A DNA stretch of 64,000 nucleotides from Penicillus capitatus. Taxonomy: Eukaryota; Plantae; Chlorophyta. The stretch spans positions 1,425,197 to 1,489,196 of the forward strand of contig OZ287694.1 of the NCBI GenBank assembly GCA_965649825.1. Direction: 5' to 3'. The notes below the pieces were generated by a model that saw only the letters and a list, made by a program, of their open reading frames with translations, did not search any database and was not told the DNA's origin. Positions 34,030 to 47,100 of this stretch are shown here, piece by piece. A program made the position numbers and the translations under genes. The number at the start of each line of letters is the position of its first letter. Position 1 is the first letter of the stretch.

Positions 34030-36668
34030 TGTCATGATGATGAAGCGCCGAAGGATGATTATCTAAGAACTGCCTCATCATCATAAGAGGCAACGATGGC
34101 CAGTAGCTATTAATGGCCACGTCACATCAGAACCTACCCAGCACCTACCCAGCACCTACTTAGCACCTAGGAAACCCAACATTATAAAAAGGGGATTATT
34201 GTCACATTGATCGTCTTTTGTAAGAAACCTTGTTGCGTCTTCCACCGCCACGTACCTGTCCATATCAAAATGGTTTCGGAGCTGCGACTCTCGAAGATGG
34301 ACCGTGACGCGTTCACGTCCCTGCTCAACGCCGCAGCATTCGTCGAAGACGACTACCGCCCCCGCATCAAATATGTGGTGCAGAGACTGGAACCTAGATC
34401 GCCGGCATTTGACATCGTGCGGCAAGTGCTCGAAAGGGTCGAGCCACACTTCGACGGATTGGCCGCCTTTAACACGGCTTTTGCTGGACCGGATGCCACG
34501 ATTTGTGCTTTCTATGCCGATAACCTAGGACAGATCGGGACGAGTCACAAGTGGCGAATCGTGAAGGAGCTCGTGACTGGAGCATGCCCATCCCCCACAC
34601 TCTCAGACGAGGAGCGACTCGGGCAAATGACCAGGGCAAAGGGGGAAACGTGGCTGGTTTTTGTCGACAGGTATCGGGCTACCTGTCTGGCGACGGCAGC
34701 GTCGAGAGAGACGCAAGTGAAGACGTTGTACCGAAGGCTTCCGGCAAACCTTCGGAGACTGATGCTCTCATTGCCGTCCGCAGCAACAGTAGCGGACATG
34801 AGCACTGTCCTCAGGAACGCAAGTTTCTGGGAATCCAGCGCCGCGTCGAGGACGGAGGCAGACGAGGATGTTGTGGATGTCGACATGGGCATGGTACAGG
34901 CCAATGTTGCTGCCACAAATGGGAAGGTCGTAGGACGCGACGGGGCGATTAACTTTGCTGCAATCACCAATGCAGGCAGAGTCATGGTAGGGGCTCGAGA
35001 AATCTGCAAGACATCGCGCCGCGAAGCCCTGGACATGTTACGATTTCTTCAGCGAATCTGCAACGTCGGAGACGGTTCGGCAGGAAGGGTAAAGCACGTG
35101 GATGGCGTGGCGAACGTCATCGCTGACCTCCTCAGTCGAAGCCCTTGGTGGAGGCACACCCTGGAAAGACCTACAACGACCGAAGCTCCCGCGCTTGCGG
35201 CCACCGCACACCACAACTCCTGGCCAGTGTGGTACCTGCAGATGGAAGATTATCTGAAAACAGGGCGATGTCCCGATGACGCCTCCCCCCAGCAGCGGGC
35301 GCGTCTCAAGCACCGCGCAACCTTTTTTCGCCTTCGCCATGAACGCCTGGAATACTCCGCCGACGGACTTCTATGGACGCCTTGCTGTCTAGACAAGCAG
35401 GCCATTCCTCAGTGGCTGGCCAGAGCACACGAAGAAGGCGGACACTACGGTATCCAGACCACCACTCGGAAGTTACAGGAAATGATCTATTTCCCCGACG
35501 CTCCATCTCACGTGGACCGGTGGGTACGTAGCTGTCCCCAGTGCCAACACTTTGCCCGCCACGATCCACCCGTCACGCAGTCATTCAACACATGGCAACA
35601 CATGAACCAGTGCGTAGGCCTGGACGTCATCGGCCCCATGAAGCCCGACGGCGCTTCAAAATACATCATCGCCGCAGTAGACCTCTGCACACGATTTTGC
35701 CTACTCTCGTCCTCCTCGCAGGCCAACGCGACATCCATCATCAAACTGCTCGAGCGCTGGACAGCCCTCTTCGGCAACCCCGATTGTCTGCAGACGGACA
35801 ACGATTCAGCGTTCGTAGGCAATCAGGTGTCCAACTGGATGTCGGCCCGAGGAATCCAACGCCGCACCATCCCAACATATCGACCACAGTGCAAAGGGAC
35901 CGTCGAGCGTCTCAATCAAGAAGTCATCCGCCGCCTCCAACGCCTTCAAACTCAAGGCAAATGGGCATCAGCTCTTCCCCAGATTCAGGCGATGCTTAAT
36001 GCGCATCCGAATTCGGTGACCAAACTCAGCGCCGCGCAGACCGCCTTCGGTTATCAACCCCGCACGCACTCCCTTCCCGCGCCACCCACTTCCGCCGCGA
36101 CACCTTGCTCTGATGAACCTCATCCAGTACGACACCGCGACCTTCTTGCTACTCGTTGGACCGCAATCGACCACCAGATGCAGCACCAGCAACAACACCA
36201 ACTGTCCCAATCTCACCGTTGCTCCGACCTCCTAGTCGGCTCCCAGGTGCTCCTCTTTGACCATCGCGCAAAAACGCACGGCAACAAGCTCACTCCGCAA
36301 TGGCAAGGACCGTACACCGTCCACGCTAAATTTTCTCCCCAACTTTACCGTCTCGTTTCTTCTTCTTCCAAGAAACCCTTTCTCGCGCATCGCGACCATT
36401 TACGCCGTTTCTTCCGTCGGAGTTCAACGCAGGGAAGCGATTGTCATGATGATGAAGCGCCGAAGGATGATTATCTAAGAACTGCCTCATCATCATAAGA
36501 GGCAACGATGGCCAGTAGCTATTAATGGCCACGTCACATCAGAACCTACCCAGCACCTACCCAGCACCTAGGAAACCCAACATTATAAAAAGGGGATTAT
36601 TGTCACATTGATTATCTTTTGTAAGAAACCTTGTTGCGTCTTCCACCGCCACGTACCTGTCCATATCA
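34030..36668 (+). mobile_element. Ty3/Gypsy-type non-autonomous LTR retroelement (2.64 kb), copy 1; LTRs 34030-34267 and 36442-36668
   Basis: TG...CA LTRs (238 and 227 bp, differing by an 11-bp repeat unit and 2 substitutions); 4-bp TSD GATC; PBS-like TGGTTTCGGAGC at 34271 (compare tRNA-iMet PBS TGGTATCAGAGC). An empty homologous site is present in the B-C1 spacer (about 14560). Confidence 0.95.
34270..36498 (+). CDS. Gag-integrase fusion ORF (about 742 aa) lacking protease, RT and almost all of RNase H
   Basis: Gag-like KGETWLVFVDRYR...LYRRLPANLRRL; RNase H tail only (HVDGVANVIADLLSR); HHCC (AHEEGGH...CPQC); D-D-E (GLDV, TDND, VERLN); GPY (PQWQGPY). No D[ST]G or YxDD motif. The stop lies inside the 3' LTR. 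Confidence 0.9.
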   Translation: MVSELRLSKMDRDAFTSLLNAAAFVEDDYRPRIKYVVQRLEPRSPAFDIVRQVLERVEPHFDGLAAFNTAFAGPDATICAFYADNLGQIGTSHKWRIVKELVTGACPSPTLSDEERLGQMTRAKGETWLVFVDRYRATCLATAASRETQVKTLYRRLPANLRRLMLSLPSAATVADMSTVLRNASFWESSAASRTEADEDVVDVDMGMVQANVAATNGKVVGRDGAINFAAITNAGRVMVGAREICKTSRREALDMLRFLQRICNVGDGSAGRVKHVDGVANVIADLLSRSPWWRHTLERPTTTEAPALAATAHHNSWPVWYLQMEDYLKTGRCPDDASPQQRARLKHRATFFRLRHERLEYSADGLLWTPCCLDKQAIPQWLARAHEEGGHYGIQTTTRKLQEMIYFPDAPSHVDRWVRSCPQCQHFARHDPPVTQSFNTWQHMNQCVGLDVIGPMKPDGASKYIIAAVDLCTRFCLLSSSSQANATSIIKLLERWTALFGNPDCLQTDNDSAFVGNQVSNWMSARGIQRRTIPTYRPQCKGTVERLNQEVIRRLQRLQTQGKWASALPQIQAMLNAHPNSVTKLSAAQTAFGYQPRTHSLPAPPTSAATPCSDEPHPVRHRDLLATRWTAIDHQMQHQQQHQLSQSHRCSDLLVGSQVLLFDHRAKTHGNKLTPQWQGPYTVHAKFSPQLYRLVSSSSKKPFLAHRDHLRRFFRRSSTQGSDCHDDEAPKDDYLRTASSS

Positions 36669-38555
36669 GATCGCGTCGCGGGAGCCAATCCTTTAGCGAA
36701 TCGAGACTTGTGCGCATACATGCAGTGCTTACGAAGAGAGAAGCAGAACGTCTTACCCGTTTGAGGATTAGGATTCTATGATACAGAAGCGCATTCTGGG
36801 CAATGCGTCATCTGCAGTGATAATGCCTTCTACTATTGCTCCGCTGCGTAGTACGATGCACTCTGCGCTGCACGATGTATATAGGATTGTTTGATGGTGC
36901 AGATATTATATGAGACGAAAGGAGTTGACAGCGACGCTGACTGATTAGCACGTCAAAATCAGCGAGAATGCCTTTGTGGTCTTCGGCTCAAACGGCCAGT
37001 CGACCCGTACACGTTACCTGTTGGGAACACGGCTTAACGAGTACAATAACTGAAGATGGCGGCGCAGATCACGCAATGTGGATTCTCGCATAGGGGTCAC
37101 GTCGCGTAGGACACAGAGTTGCCACTGCTTCAAGCGGTTGCGCTTCTGATTCGGCTTAGGAACAAAGGATCGTTGAGAACGATCGACTCCACGCAAAACG
37201 CGCGTGCGTGTTTTGCCGTAGAATAAATGCCTTGTACGTTCGCAATGTCTCTGCCCCTTAAGCGTCGATGTTTCTACAGTGACGCACTCTGACGTGACGC
37301 TTCATTTGCAAACAAGCATTCTCCTTCTGATGGCTCATTGCGCATGTTGTGTCTAAGTGGAATTGTATCCAGCCATGCGAAGCGCTGCCCTGAAAACAGG
37401 CGTCGCGTTTTCAAAACCGACCGGTCTCTGTCTGTTGGCGCTAATGCAATACCACTTAAAACGCCTTCCACCAACGCCACTTGGAGATCCTCCCGATTAG
37501 CAAGCGCAGAAAAGACATCTGGAATCCAGAACACTCCTAGGAAGACATGATCGAGCATGTGTGCGACTTCCATTGAGAATCTCTTTACGGCTAGTCGATT
37601 CTTTGAAACATGTCGCGAAGAACACGCTCTAATGGAACGTTTTCATTAATCCGCAGTGGCAAAGAATCACAGAAATGTCATCGCACGGGGACAGCAGCCG
37701 CTCTTTGTTCTAAAAAAGAATTGTGGGTGCTGAAGAAAACAAGACAGCACGGCGATGTCGACGTGCAAAGATGATGAACGTGTGGAAGTCTCCTGGGGCC
37801 AAACGTTTTCCCTCTCATTGCCATCCAAACAGCGAGATTTTACGAACACGCTTAATACTCTGCTTGCCAGCGATTCTCGATCGTCAGTTAGTCTTGATCC
37901 ACCATTCAACTGTCGCAGGTCGACAATCTCTTGAAAACTCCGTACTTTATCTCACGAAACGCGAGATTGCCTTGTCGTTCTTACGCAAGGTTCGTTTCAG
38001 GATAGTACAGAGCAGATTCGACAATGCGTGCAAGCTTATGAACGCATCCGATCCGGACTGGAAACCGTCAGTTGGACGCCATCGACATCTGCAGTCGCGG
38101 CGAGTCGGATAGGATGAGGAACTCCATGCCGCTCACTGTTTGCAAGAGTGTGTCTCGAGAATAAGTTCATCAAGCCCGTCATGTGTTGTCGTACCTGGAT
38201 GAAGAACTCGCCAACGCAGATCGCGTCTCGAGTGACAGCTCAGACCTAGCAGAATCACTAAACGAATGCGAACGTCCTCTTCCAACAGTGTCGGCTTTGC
38301 GAGACGTTAGTCGTACAGGACATTGGATGGCGGCAATAGGCAGAGACCCTTTGAGTCCATGCGACTACGAAATTAAACGCGGGTCGCCGTCGTACGAATA
38401 GGCGTATGCATTCATTGGTTGCTGTTGATGGCGACAGCCGTCGTTAAAACACTGCTGACTCAGACGCGGTCATTATTCCGCGGGCGGGACAAAGCAGCTT
38501 TATATTGACACTCGCCTGTGCTACCGCGAAAACTATCGAGCCGAAGTTCGTGGAA

Positions 38556-41143
38556 ATGACAAATTGCTCAGCACACATGAACGGTGACTCCACAGAATGC
38601 CGTAATGAAGCACCACTGCTTCCACCAGAAGTGCGTCCAGACGAATCGGATACGGACGAAGATGAAAGTAATGCATGAATAGCTTGTCAGAGAGACCAGT
38701 CGGTTTGTCACGATTCTTTCTTCGACGCGGCCTTTGGGACTCCGTGCTTTCCGACGCGGCCTTTGGGACTCCGTGCTTTCCGACGCGGCCTTTGGGACTC
38801 CCTCCGTGCTTTCCGACGCGGCCTTTGGGACTCCCTCCGTGCTTTCCGACGCGGCCTTTGGGACTCCCTCCGTGCTTTCCGACGCGGCCTTTGGGACTCC
38901 GTGCTTTCCGACGCGGCCTTTGTGTCCCAGGTAGCGAAGAGAGTGGAGGTGACGTCCACGTTCCCTACTGGACGAGAGAAGTAACGGAACGGTAAGTCCA
39001 AACGCAAGAACGTTTCGACCAATGAAAAAGCGTCTTCGTGGTAGTTTGATAATCGATTATGGACAAGGGGAAGTTTTCGGGCTGGATAACTCTAATGGCA
39101 TTCCAATTCTATGCGACTCGATTATGCAGAAACACCCTGAGTGTACGTTGCTGTTGCTTGAGTACTTGAAGACATGCGGCGAGGATAAAATTATGCTTGG
39201 AGTACACGTAATGCTGAAGTGGGCGCTAAGCAACCGAGCCGAGGAGGTAGCGAGATTCCTCCTCGACTGTGTGGAAGCGAAGAGGTTGCCCGTGGACGAG
39301 TCCTTCCGCATTCTCGCCAACTGCCTCTTCCCTCTGATCGCAGAGTTTCCCGATCTTGCGAATCGCTACATCAAGAACGACAGTTTCTCATTCGAGTACG
39401 GAAGATTCTCAGTTTCCCGTTCCTTGATCGAGAAGAACAAGAATCGGCCGATCGCCATGATAACAGAAGAGCCACCGGACGAATTTACGATGGAAGACTC
39501 GAAAACGGTCAGGGATTTCTGGATAGAAAAGTGCGAGGAGCACTCCGAAGACCTGAAGGAGGAGTCGACCGATTTTCAGGTCGAGATGGCGGCCAAGTTC
39601 TTCTGCGTCGAGGACCCGGCAGTTTTGACGAAAGACGATCCCACAAGAGAACAGCTTTGTGTATGCCTCGACAGACAGGACTTCCCAGCAGATTTTTTCG
39701 AATCCGATGCACTGAGGAACTTGGTTGACTGGTGGTTTTATTATCATCACCACATATACTATTCCTTCATCATGGTGGATGGCATAGCCACCCTGTTCTT
39801 CACGATCTTTGCCTATCTGTATGGGCACCAAGACAAACTGGGAAAATGGCATCATCAGCCACTGCTGTTGGGACTGTCGCTTTCTTCGATCGTTCTTCGA
39901 TATGGGAGCTTTTTCTTCTACTGGTCGTATCCAAGGCAAGAAATCGTTTAGTCGTAATCTGCGAGCCAGCCTCTTAGATGGATGTGTGTAGGCTCAGCAT
40001 CCTGTGTATCGAATGTACGCTCTTCATTCAGATCTGCATCACAACTCACTACTACAGTCACTCAGCCTTCCTGATATCCATCTGTTGTATCCTTCAGTGG
40101 ATCTCGGTACTGTTCAGATTCGCACTCATCCGATTGTCTCGTAAGTGTGTTCGTTCTTGAACTCTAGATATTCCGTCTGTCACAAGCATTTGATCGAATT
40201 GGGCCGTTCATCTCGATGGTGACTTCGGCAATCAAGGACTCGTGGCGATTTCTGCTGCTCGTGGCTGTTATGATTCTTGGCTACTCGATCGCATTCATGG
40301 CCCTTTTCCAGAGCGGATCCATTGAAGATGAAGACAGCAACTTCAGCTCCCTTCCACGTACAATCGAGACCCTCCTCTACTCGTGCATCGGAAACTTCGA
40401 GGTTGACGTAAGTCCCTGTCCACTTCCCCTCCTATCTCCCAAATGCTGTGCCTGTTTGTGCCGATGCAGATGTTTCGATCTTCGAGGAACTTTCTCACAG
40501 TATGGGCTACTGTGCTGTTCGCTTCCTTCATCTACATTGGCCCGATTATGCTGATCAGTCTGCTGATCGCCATTCTGACGGACACCTACGACAGAGTCCA
40601 TGCAAAGGATCAAGCAGAACTGAGAAAACTCCGACTCAGGATCGTCGCCAATTGTCAGCGTTCGGATCGTAGCTCAATCAGACACCTCCTGTAAGTTCAT
40701 CACAGATTTTTCAGCATCTTAGTGACAATGATTGACGGTGCCACAGGAAAGCAATAACAGGAGCTTATAGAGGAATTAACGCCCTTCTTTCCACCCCTGT
40801 CGAAACACCAAATATTTCACTCTACTACATGTTGCTTGATGAAGATCATTCTTGCTTCCACTATTTGGTTCCTGTTGAGGGCAGCGAATCAGAATCGCCT
40901 GTTGAAGAATGGCAAGGAAGAGTGATGGCATTCGAAAGGACCATCAAGTCTGAAGCTCAAAAGAACGCGGAAGGATTCAAAGAGCAACATGCAATCTTAG
41001 AAGGCAAGATAGACGGATTAGAAGAGAGGATGAACAGAATGGAAGGTTCCACGAGCAAACTGGAAACTTCCTCGAGCAGACTGGAGGCTGCTGTGGATCA
41101 AATCCTTCAGAAGTTGGATGGCAATGGCCCGTCTTTAACCTGA
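38556..41143 (+). CDS. TRP-like cation channel, subtype C copy 2 (mosaic of C1-like and C3-like tracts)
   Basis: Same exon structure and motifs as C1. Tail ends RLEAAVDQILQKLDGNGPSLT*. Confidence 0.85.
38723..38922 (+). repeat. 29/33-bp VNTR in intron 1 of C2 (units 29,29,33,33,33,29 plus partial)
   Basis: Unit CGACGCGGCCTTTGGGACTCC(CTCC)GTGCTTTC, read directly from the sequence. Confidence 0.97.
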
Positions 41144-44100
41144 ACAAACAGTCTAGCGAAGGCGAATGCCCATTGTTGATCACAAAACCTTTCAGATCCT
41201 TTTTCTTTTCTTTATTTGATTCGCAAAGGTCGTTGCCTCGGGCGTTGGTGATTTCTGAGTGGATGTCTCTTATCTTGTCGACCCTTTATCCAGACGTAAC
41301 ATGAAGATAGGCCTGATGTGTTTGGCGACGACCTTTGATGCTGATAAGTTTGATTGCTATCGGTGATCCTTGCTGGACAGTCCTAGAATTCTTTATTGAT
41401 CCATCGGAACGAAACAGAATGTGTAAATATCGGGAACAATAGCGATCGACTTCACGAATCGCAGATCCTTGCTATCTCGCGCAAAGATCGTATCTTCTGT
41501 CGGCCAATCCCTGAATTCGACAAGGGCAGCGCCCTGTCCCTGCCTCTGTTGCGAAATGATGCAATGTACTGTCGCGCCTTAAGTATGTGTGACCTGTTGC
41601 TGTCATGCCAGTTCTCTGTTCTGTCAGGCAAGACACCCAAAGCCGCTTTACTATCACAGCATGTACTTTTTGTGTATGCACATCTGATGGCTTAATATGC
41701 GAACTGCCTCTGTCGTTCGACAGGTATCCTCCAATCGGCAGCCAGTGTTCTGGTCACTCTCAAGTAGTTGGCCCGTTGTTGCCTCAAGGCAGGTAGTGAG
41801 CGATAGTTGAACGCATTACATTCTGTCTTTCGTCAGTAGGAAGACCGCTATGCGTCTTGCCTACTCCCATACAAATGGATGGAAGCTCGTGTGGGATGGA
41901 TTCGCTAAAGGACGAAACGCTAGTCGACGGAGCAGAATTTCCGATTCTCGCCCGTGACGCCAGTTTTTGGCTAATTTGCACACTGCTATTCGGAGACCCT
42001 TCGCTTCCCTCTCTACTGTCGTGGCCACACCCCGAAAAGCATCAAGCGCATTAGACGATACAGGAAGGGTCTCCTGGCTGCAATTTGCTGTCGATGCTCT
42101 GGAGATAAGATGTCTAACAGACAGACAGCATCACGACATGACCCAGAGCTGTCTGAGTGGATTCACAGAGTGCATGGCGAAGGCTCTGTAGAATTCCATG
42201 TTCGACTGTTGGCGATTACCATTCGGAGCTTGTCTCATCCGTTCAGCACAGCTGATGGCTAAATGTAACTGTTCGCCATTCATACCTTGTCTTTCGACCG
42301 TCCATCGCTGTTCAAACGTCCTTCGTTCGGTGATGCGGTCCTGCCTGGCTGAGATCTATCATAGATCGAATCCATTGAATCGTAATCCACTTGCAGGAGC
42401 AGCTTTACTCAGCTGCGTTTTGTTCTTCGATTGTGACGACTCGCCGGAATTCGCCTGCCATACTGTTCTATTGTAGCAATAAAAGATACTGCGTGTTGTG
42501 TCTGATGTCCGTCGCTGGAGACACAGACTGTCTTTCTCACTTCGATGATTCCACTATCCTCTGTCGTACACGAAGGGAGGGACTTCTACAAAGATGACAT
42601 TGCGAGAGGAGTCTTCGGTACAGTAGTGCTCCGAGCACTTCATCAGGCCGTAGAAATGATGGTCCCGCTGGTTTACACTCTATGGTTTCCACAGACGTTG
42701 CTGTTGACAAAGGACGATCGCGACAGAACCTGTAACGATCGACGAGTACGAGAAATTCCTGTACTAAGACGCGAAGCGGTGCGCGTCATTCTCTGACGAT
42801 TCCCAGGCAGAGACCACTTGACGTGTGGCGACGCTTGCAAAGGCACGCGGCGTGTATTCGACCTGGCAGGAGATGAGGCCAGAGAAGTTCAGCAATGCAT
42901 GCGTCACTAGCTTCTCTGAACTGAGATTCAAGTTTTGTTTCTCTGAGGCAGATGATGGAAGCTACGGAGGGGCGATTTCCTATGCAGAGCAGTGCCCGGC
43001 ACTTGTTTGAATGATTTTCGCACTCAAGGAGGCAATTCCTTTTGCCCATGATCTTTGATCTGTCTCTATCTGTCTGCTCCCTGTACTGTGTCGTTTCATC
43101 TGAAACGCAACGTGCGCTTAGTTGAAGAGACGTGGCAACAGGTGTCGTTACATAGAGCTTCTCTTTTCCGCCAGAAATCCTAATCCGTGAACATTTCATA
43201 AAGAGAATCTGTATCAAGTGACTTGTTTTCTATTGAAAAGGGCGACGAATGTGACAAACTGTAAGCGGGCACTGTCTGAGGAGAAATAGCATCCAGCATG
43301 CAGCACGCGTCGAAGCCGACGTGGACAGAAATTGGAGCTGTTTACACATAAAGACGTTAGGACATCGGAACGGTAAGTGTCTTCACAGAAAACTTAAACG
43401 TTGCATAGATAGATCTACAACGGATCCGTTCACTCTGATCTTTCAATTCTTGTTTGCATGTTTGCATGCAATGGCACGACGATTAACAATGCCAGTTTCT
43501 TTTAAGAAAGGTGTAGCGATGTGACATTGTAGTAATAGATTCTTCTCTTGAAGTGGTTCGTAGACGACTTTAGTTAGGGGCTCTCCTTTTCCCATGGCTG
43601 AAGATTTGACCGAGGCGGTACATCGACAATCAAGCATTATTTGAGCGTTCGATGTTTTGAGGTAATGAGGTTAAAGTGATGGAGACCACACGCTACAGTA
43701 CACTGTGTTCCTTCTTGCAAACCTCTACTCTTAGATGGCTGGTTATCTCCAACTTGTTGACGCAGACAAGCAAACGGAACGTTAAGGGATGGATGCCCTT
43801 TGGAGGAGGGGAGAACAAAGAGGAGGGGACACTCATTTTTTACTGTTTCCAAGTTGCACTCTACAGACTGGTCTTGCTCTAACGACCATGAACTTAAGAC
43901 AGACAGCCAGTATTTGTGTTGTCCTATCGTTCCGACTTGCGCTATCTTGAATATATCTCCTGATTTCAACAGCGTGTCCATTGTACGTACAACATGATTA
44001 TTTGGAGATTAAAGGGAGACTTCTTAGTCACAGGCCATTAGTTTTGTCTTGAGTACTGAATCCATGAAGACGCGGTTCTAAAAGGTTATCAGAAAGGTGT

Positions 44101-47100
44101 CGAGATAGTTGAAAAAGAGAACGAAAACATAAAGAAAGCTGCGCGGAATCTATTGAAACGGAGCTGCAAGGATGCCTCGCGTGTATTGCATCTCTTCTGC
44201 GAAGACCGAGAGATCTATCTGTTTAAGGAAGCTTGTTTGTCATGCTCGAGTATTTTGTTTAAGGACCATCCAAGGCTGCGTTTACATTCGGACGACTAAT
44301 AGGCCATTAAGATCGGCTGGTTTGGCCAACGCGGAGATGCGCACTTTAGCGCACACGACGATCAACTATTGTCCTTTTGCAGGTGATGGCATGTGGTCAA
44401 ACGTCGGCGATAGCAGATGACGTCGATTGGGTTCCCAATCGAAAACATGACTTGAATGGCGATACTGATTATGAGACCTGGCAGTGTCTTCTGCCATCGA
44501 CGACGTCAAGACATCTAGATGCATTTACAGAGGAATCACCGGAGGCCGTCCGTCCATTGGACAGGAAGGGAATTAAGTCATTGAATCCCACTGAACATTA
44601 CTCAAGAAGGCAAGAGACTCTTTCAAGCGCGATAGGGACATCCAACTGTGCATGTCGCCCACAAACTCCCAACGTAGTAGATCAGTCCCCAAACTCCCGA
44701 CATAGTAGATCAGTCTGGCGGTAAGTACTATCGCCATGCAAAGAAGTAAGATAAGTGTTAGATCCATCAGCTCCCAGAACTGTTATTTAGTCATAAGTAT
44801 AATTAACTGTTCCATGTTCTTCGTTTCCAGTCTCGAGAACGAAGAAGAACAGCAGACCTCAGTGCCGCAAGGCATATCACTCTACACTTCAGCAGTCGGT
44901 GTCCGTGCGCTCCGTGCAACTTGTCGTGCCTGGGAAGCCAAGAACGGACTTTCCTCTCCCGGCACGGCTAAAGAAAGAAACATGAACAGCAAAGAGCACA
45001 CTGCCAATGAGAACAAGATCCCAGAAGGCATAAGGTGGACATGATGCCAAGATCTGAGTGGCGTTTGCGTGGTACATACAGATTAGCGACTTTGTAAGAG
45101 TGGATTGCTTGAATAAGAAGGGCAGCGCCTGATGGTCATACTGCACCCGCCTTAAGAATACAGCTTAGTGTAGACATGTAAAGGGCAGCGATCGAGAGGC
45201 GGAGACGACAAACTTAGTGGTTGACCACCTCATGGCTGCCGTTATTTCCAGCGCCCCGTTGAAAGAAGTGGCTCTGTGCACGGATTGATACCTTCAGTTG
45301 TTTCCAGTCAGGCGTCGCCCCGGGTGAAGTATATCGCCAGCCGTCCATCGGAGGTGGATGGCAACCCAGCCAACAGCCTATTCGAACAACCGTGCTTGTC
45401 AGTTCCTATGAGAGAGCGATCCGAGTTACCTGGGGGGTTGCGAAAGCTTGCAGGGCCCGCTTCTGTCACCTTCCACGACAGGGACACCGACCCGTGCAAT
45501 GCCACACCCCACACCTTCACTGCATTTTCCCCCTGCAGCGCCAGCTAAGGAGTCGTGTCGGCGCGCACGCGAATAAAAAAGTACACACAAGGAAGAAACA
45601 GAAAAGAACGACAGCACAGAAAAGCAAACAGGAAAGAAACCCTCAGCTGACCGAAAAGGTAGAAGGAAGGCAAAAGACAGAAAGCAGGGGGCCGGTCTCA
45701 AGCCCAGATGGTACACAAGCAAGCAAAGACACATTCACAGGACTACAGACAATAGAATGGACTAGAATTGAAACACCATGAACGACAATCAAATGAGGAG
45801 GGGCAAAATGACCAAAAATCACAGGTTGAAATGTAAGAGACATGAAACACACAATCAAGAAAGGGGCTATGCTGAACACAGTGAATGAAGGAAACAGAAA
45901 GAGCAGGACCTAATCAAAGTGCTAAAAACTATCATCTAATTCGAAAGAATCTAAAAAATCCACCCAGGACGGAAAGAAAAGACCCTAATCAAGCAGAGAC
46001 CCTTATAGAAAAGATGAAAATGCGGGTCCCGGGTGGGGTCTCCTTCGCCGGCCGCCTTCAGAGTACTGGCGACAGATCCGATGCAGAGCGGCTTGGATCG
46101 GGCCCAGCGCTTCCGAATGACGCCACGTCCACGCAAACTCCGCTTGGCCCACCGCAGAGCTGCGTCAGCCAGGTGCCGCCACCAGCGACGGCTGCATCTG
46201 CGACGAACACAAGTATGAATTCAGTAAGACGGCAGGGTAGCGGATGAAATTCGCTTACGAGGATTTCCCGGGGACGCCGCTGACCGGATTGTGCCTCACG
46301 AGCCATTTTTAAAGTGCTTGGCGATACGGCCGGCGATGGAAAAAACGTAGACGGTTCTGTGGCGGAAGAGGCGTGTTTTGTTCACGCTGCTCCGGACGGA
46401 TAGCACAACGGCAAGCGCAGGTCGCGGACCGTAGTGTCACGGGCGCCAGTTCTGGCCGACCCCTCTGTCAGGGTATCGGACTTCGGCAATACGAACGCAG
46501 TAAACGCGTTAAAGCGCAACGGACTTCCATCGCTGCGTTCGCTGTTTTCGGAGGGTTCAGGTTACTTCGTCGACCTAAGGACAGTTCCCGAAGACAGATA
46601 ACCTCACAAGCTGTGCGTGCGTCGGTGCACGAAGGTTGACGTTCCGAGATGAACACCTTCCGTCGCATGGCTGTCTCGTTCGGAGAGTAAGCACCGCGAC
46701 GAAGCTCTTTGCGTTTGGCGAAGTCGACGGACGGACAGAAAGGACAAATGCAGAAATGCGCGTTGTGCGGTGCGACGTCGGTTATGTTTGTACGACGGTT
46801 AATCCTGTGTTTTGATCAGATCATCTTGACGAAGGGTATATCGCATACACAGTAAGGAACGTCCAGGGCATACACTGCCTACCGGTCCTTGCATGTTCAG
46901 TATTTTACAAGATCTGCCGATGGTAGCTTTCCGATTGCGTCAAGGCACCGCAGCATTGAGAATCCCTGCAGCTCGAACACATGAACAAGCAGTCGATGCT
47001 GTCTGTCAAAGATACACTGACTAAGAATGATTCAGCCATTCAATGGAAGGCTGTCCGTTGATTTCATTGAGGCACCGGTTATGATATCGCATAAGACAGT

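Noticed and set aside
38723-38922. 29/33-bp repeat arrays (also 61672-61954 and the 23-bp array at 11705) as CRISPR
   Set aside because: The units are head to tail with no unique spacers, there are no cas genes, and they lie in spliceosomal introns of a eukaryotic gene.
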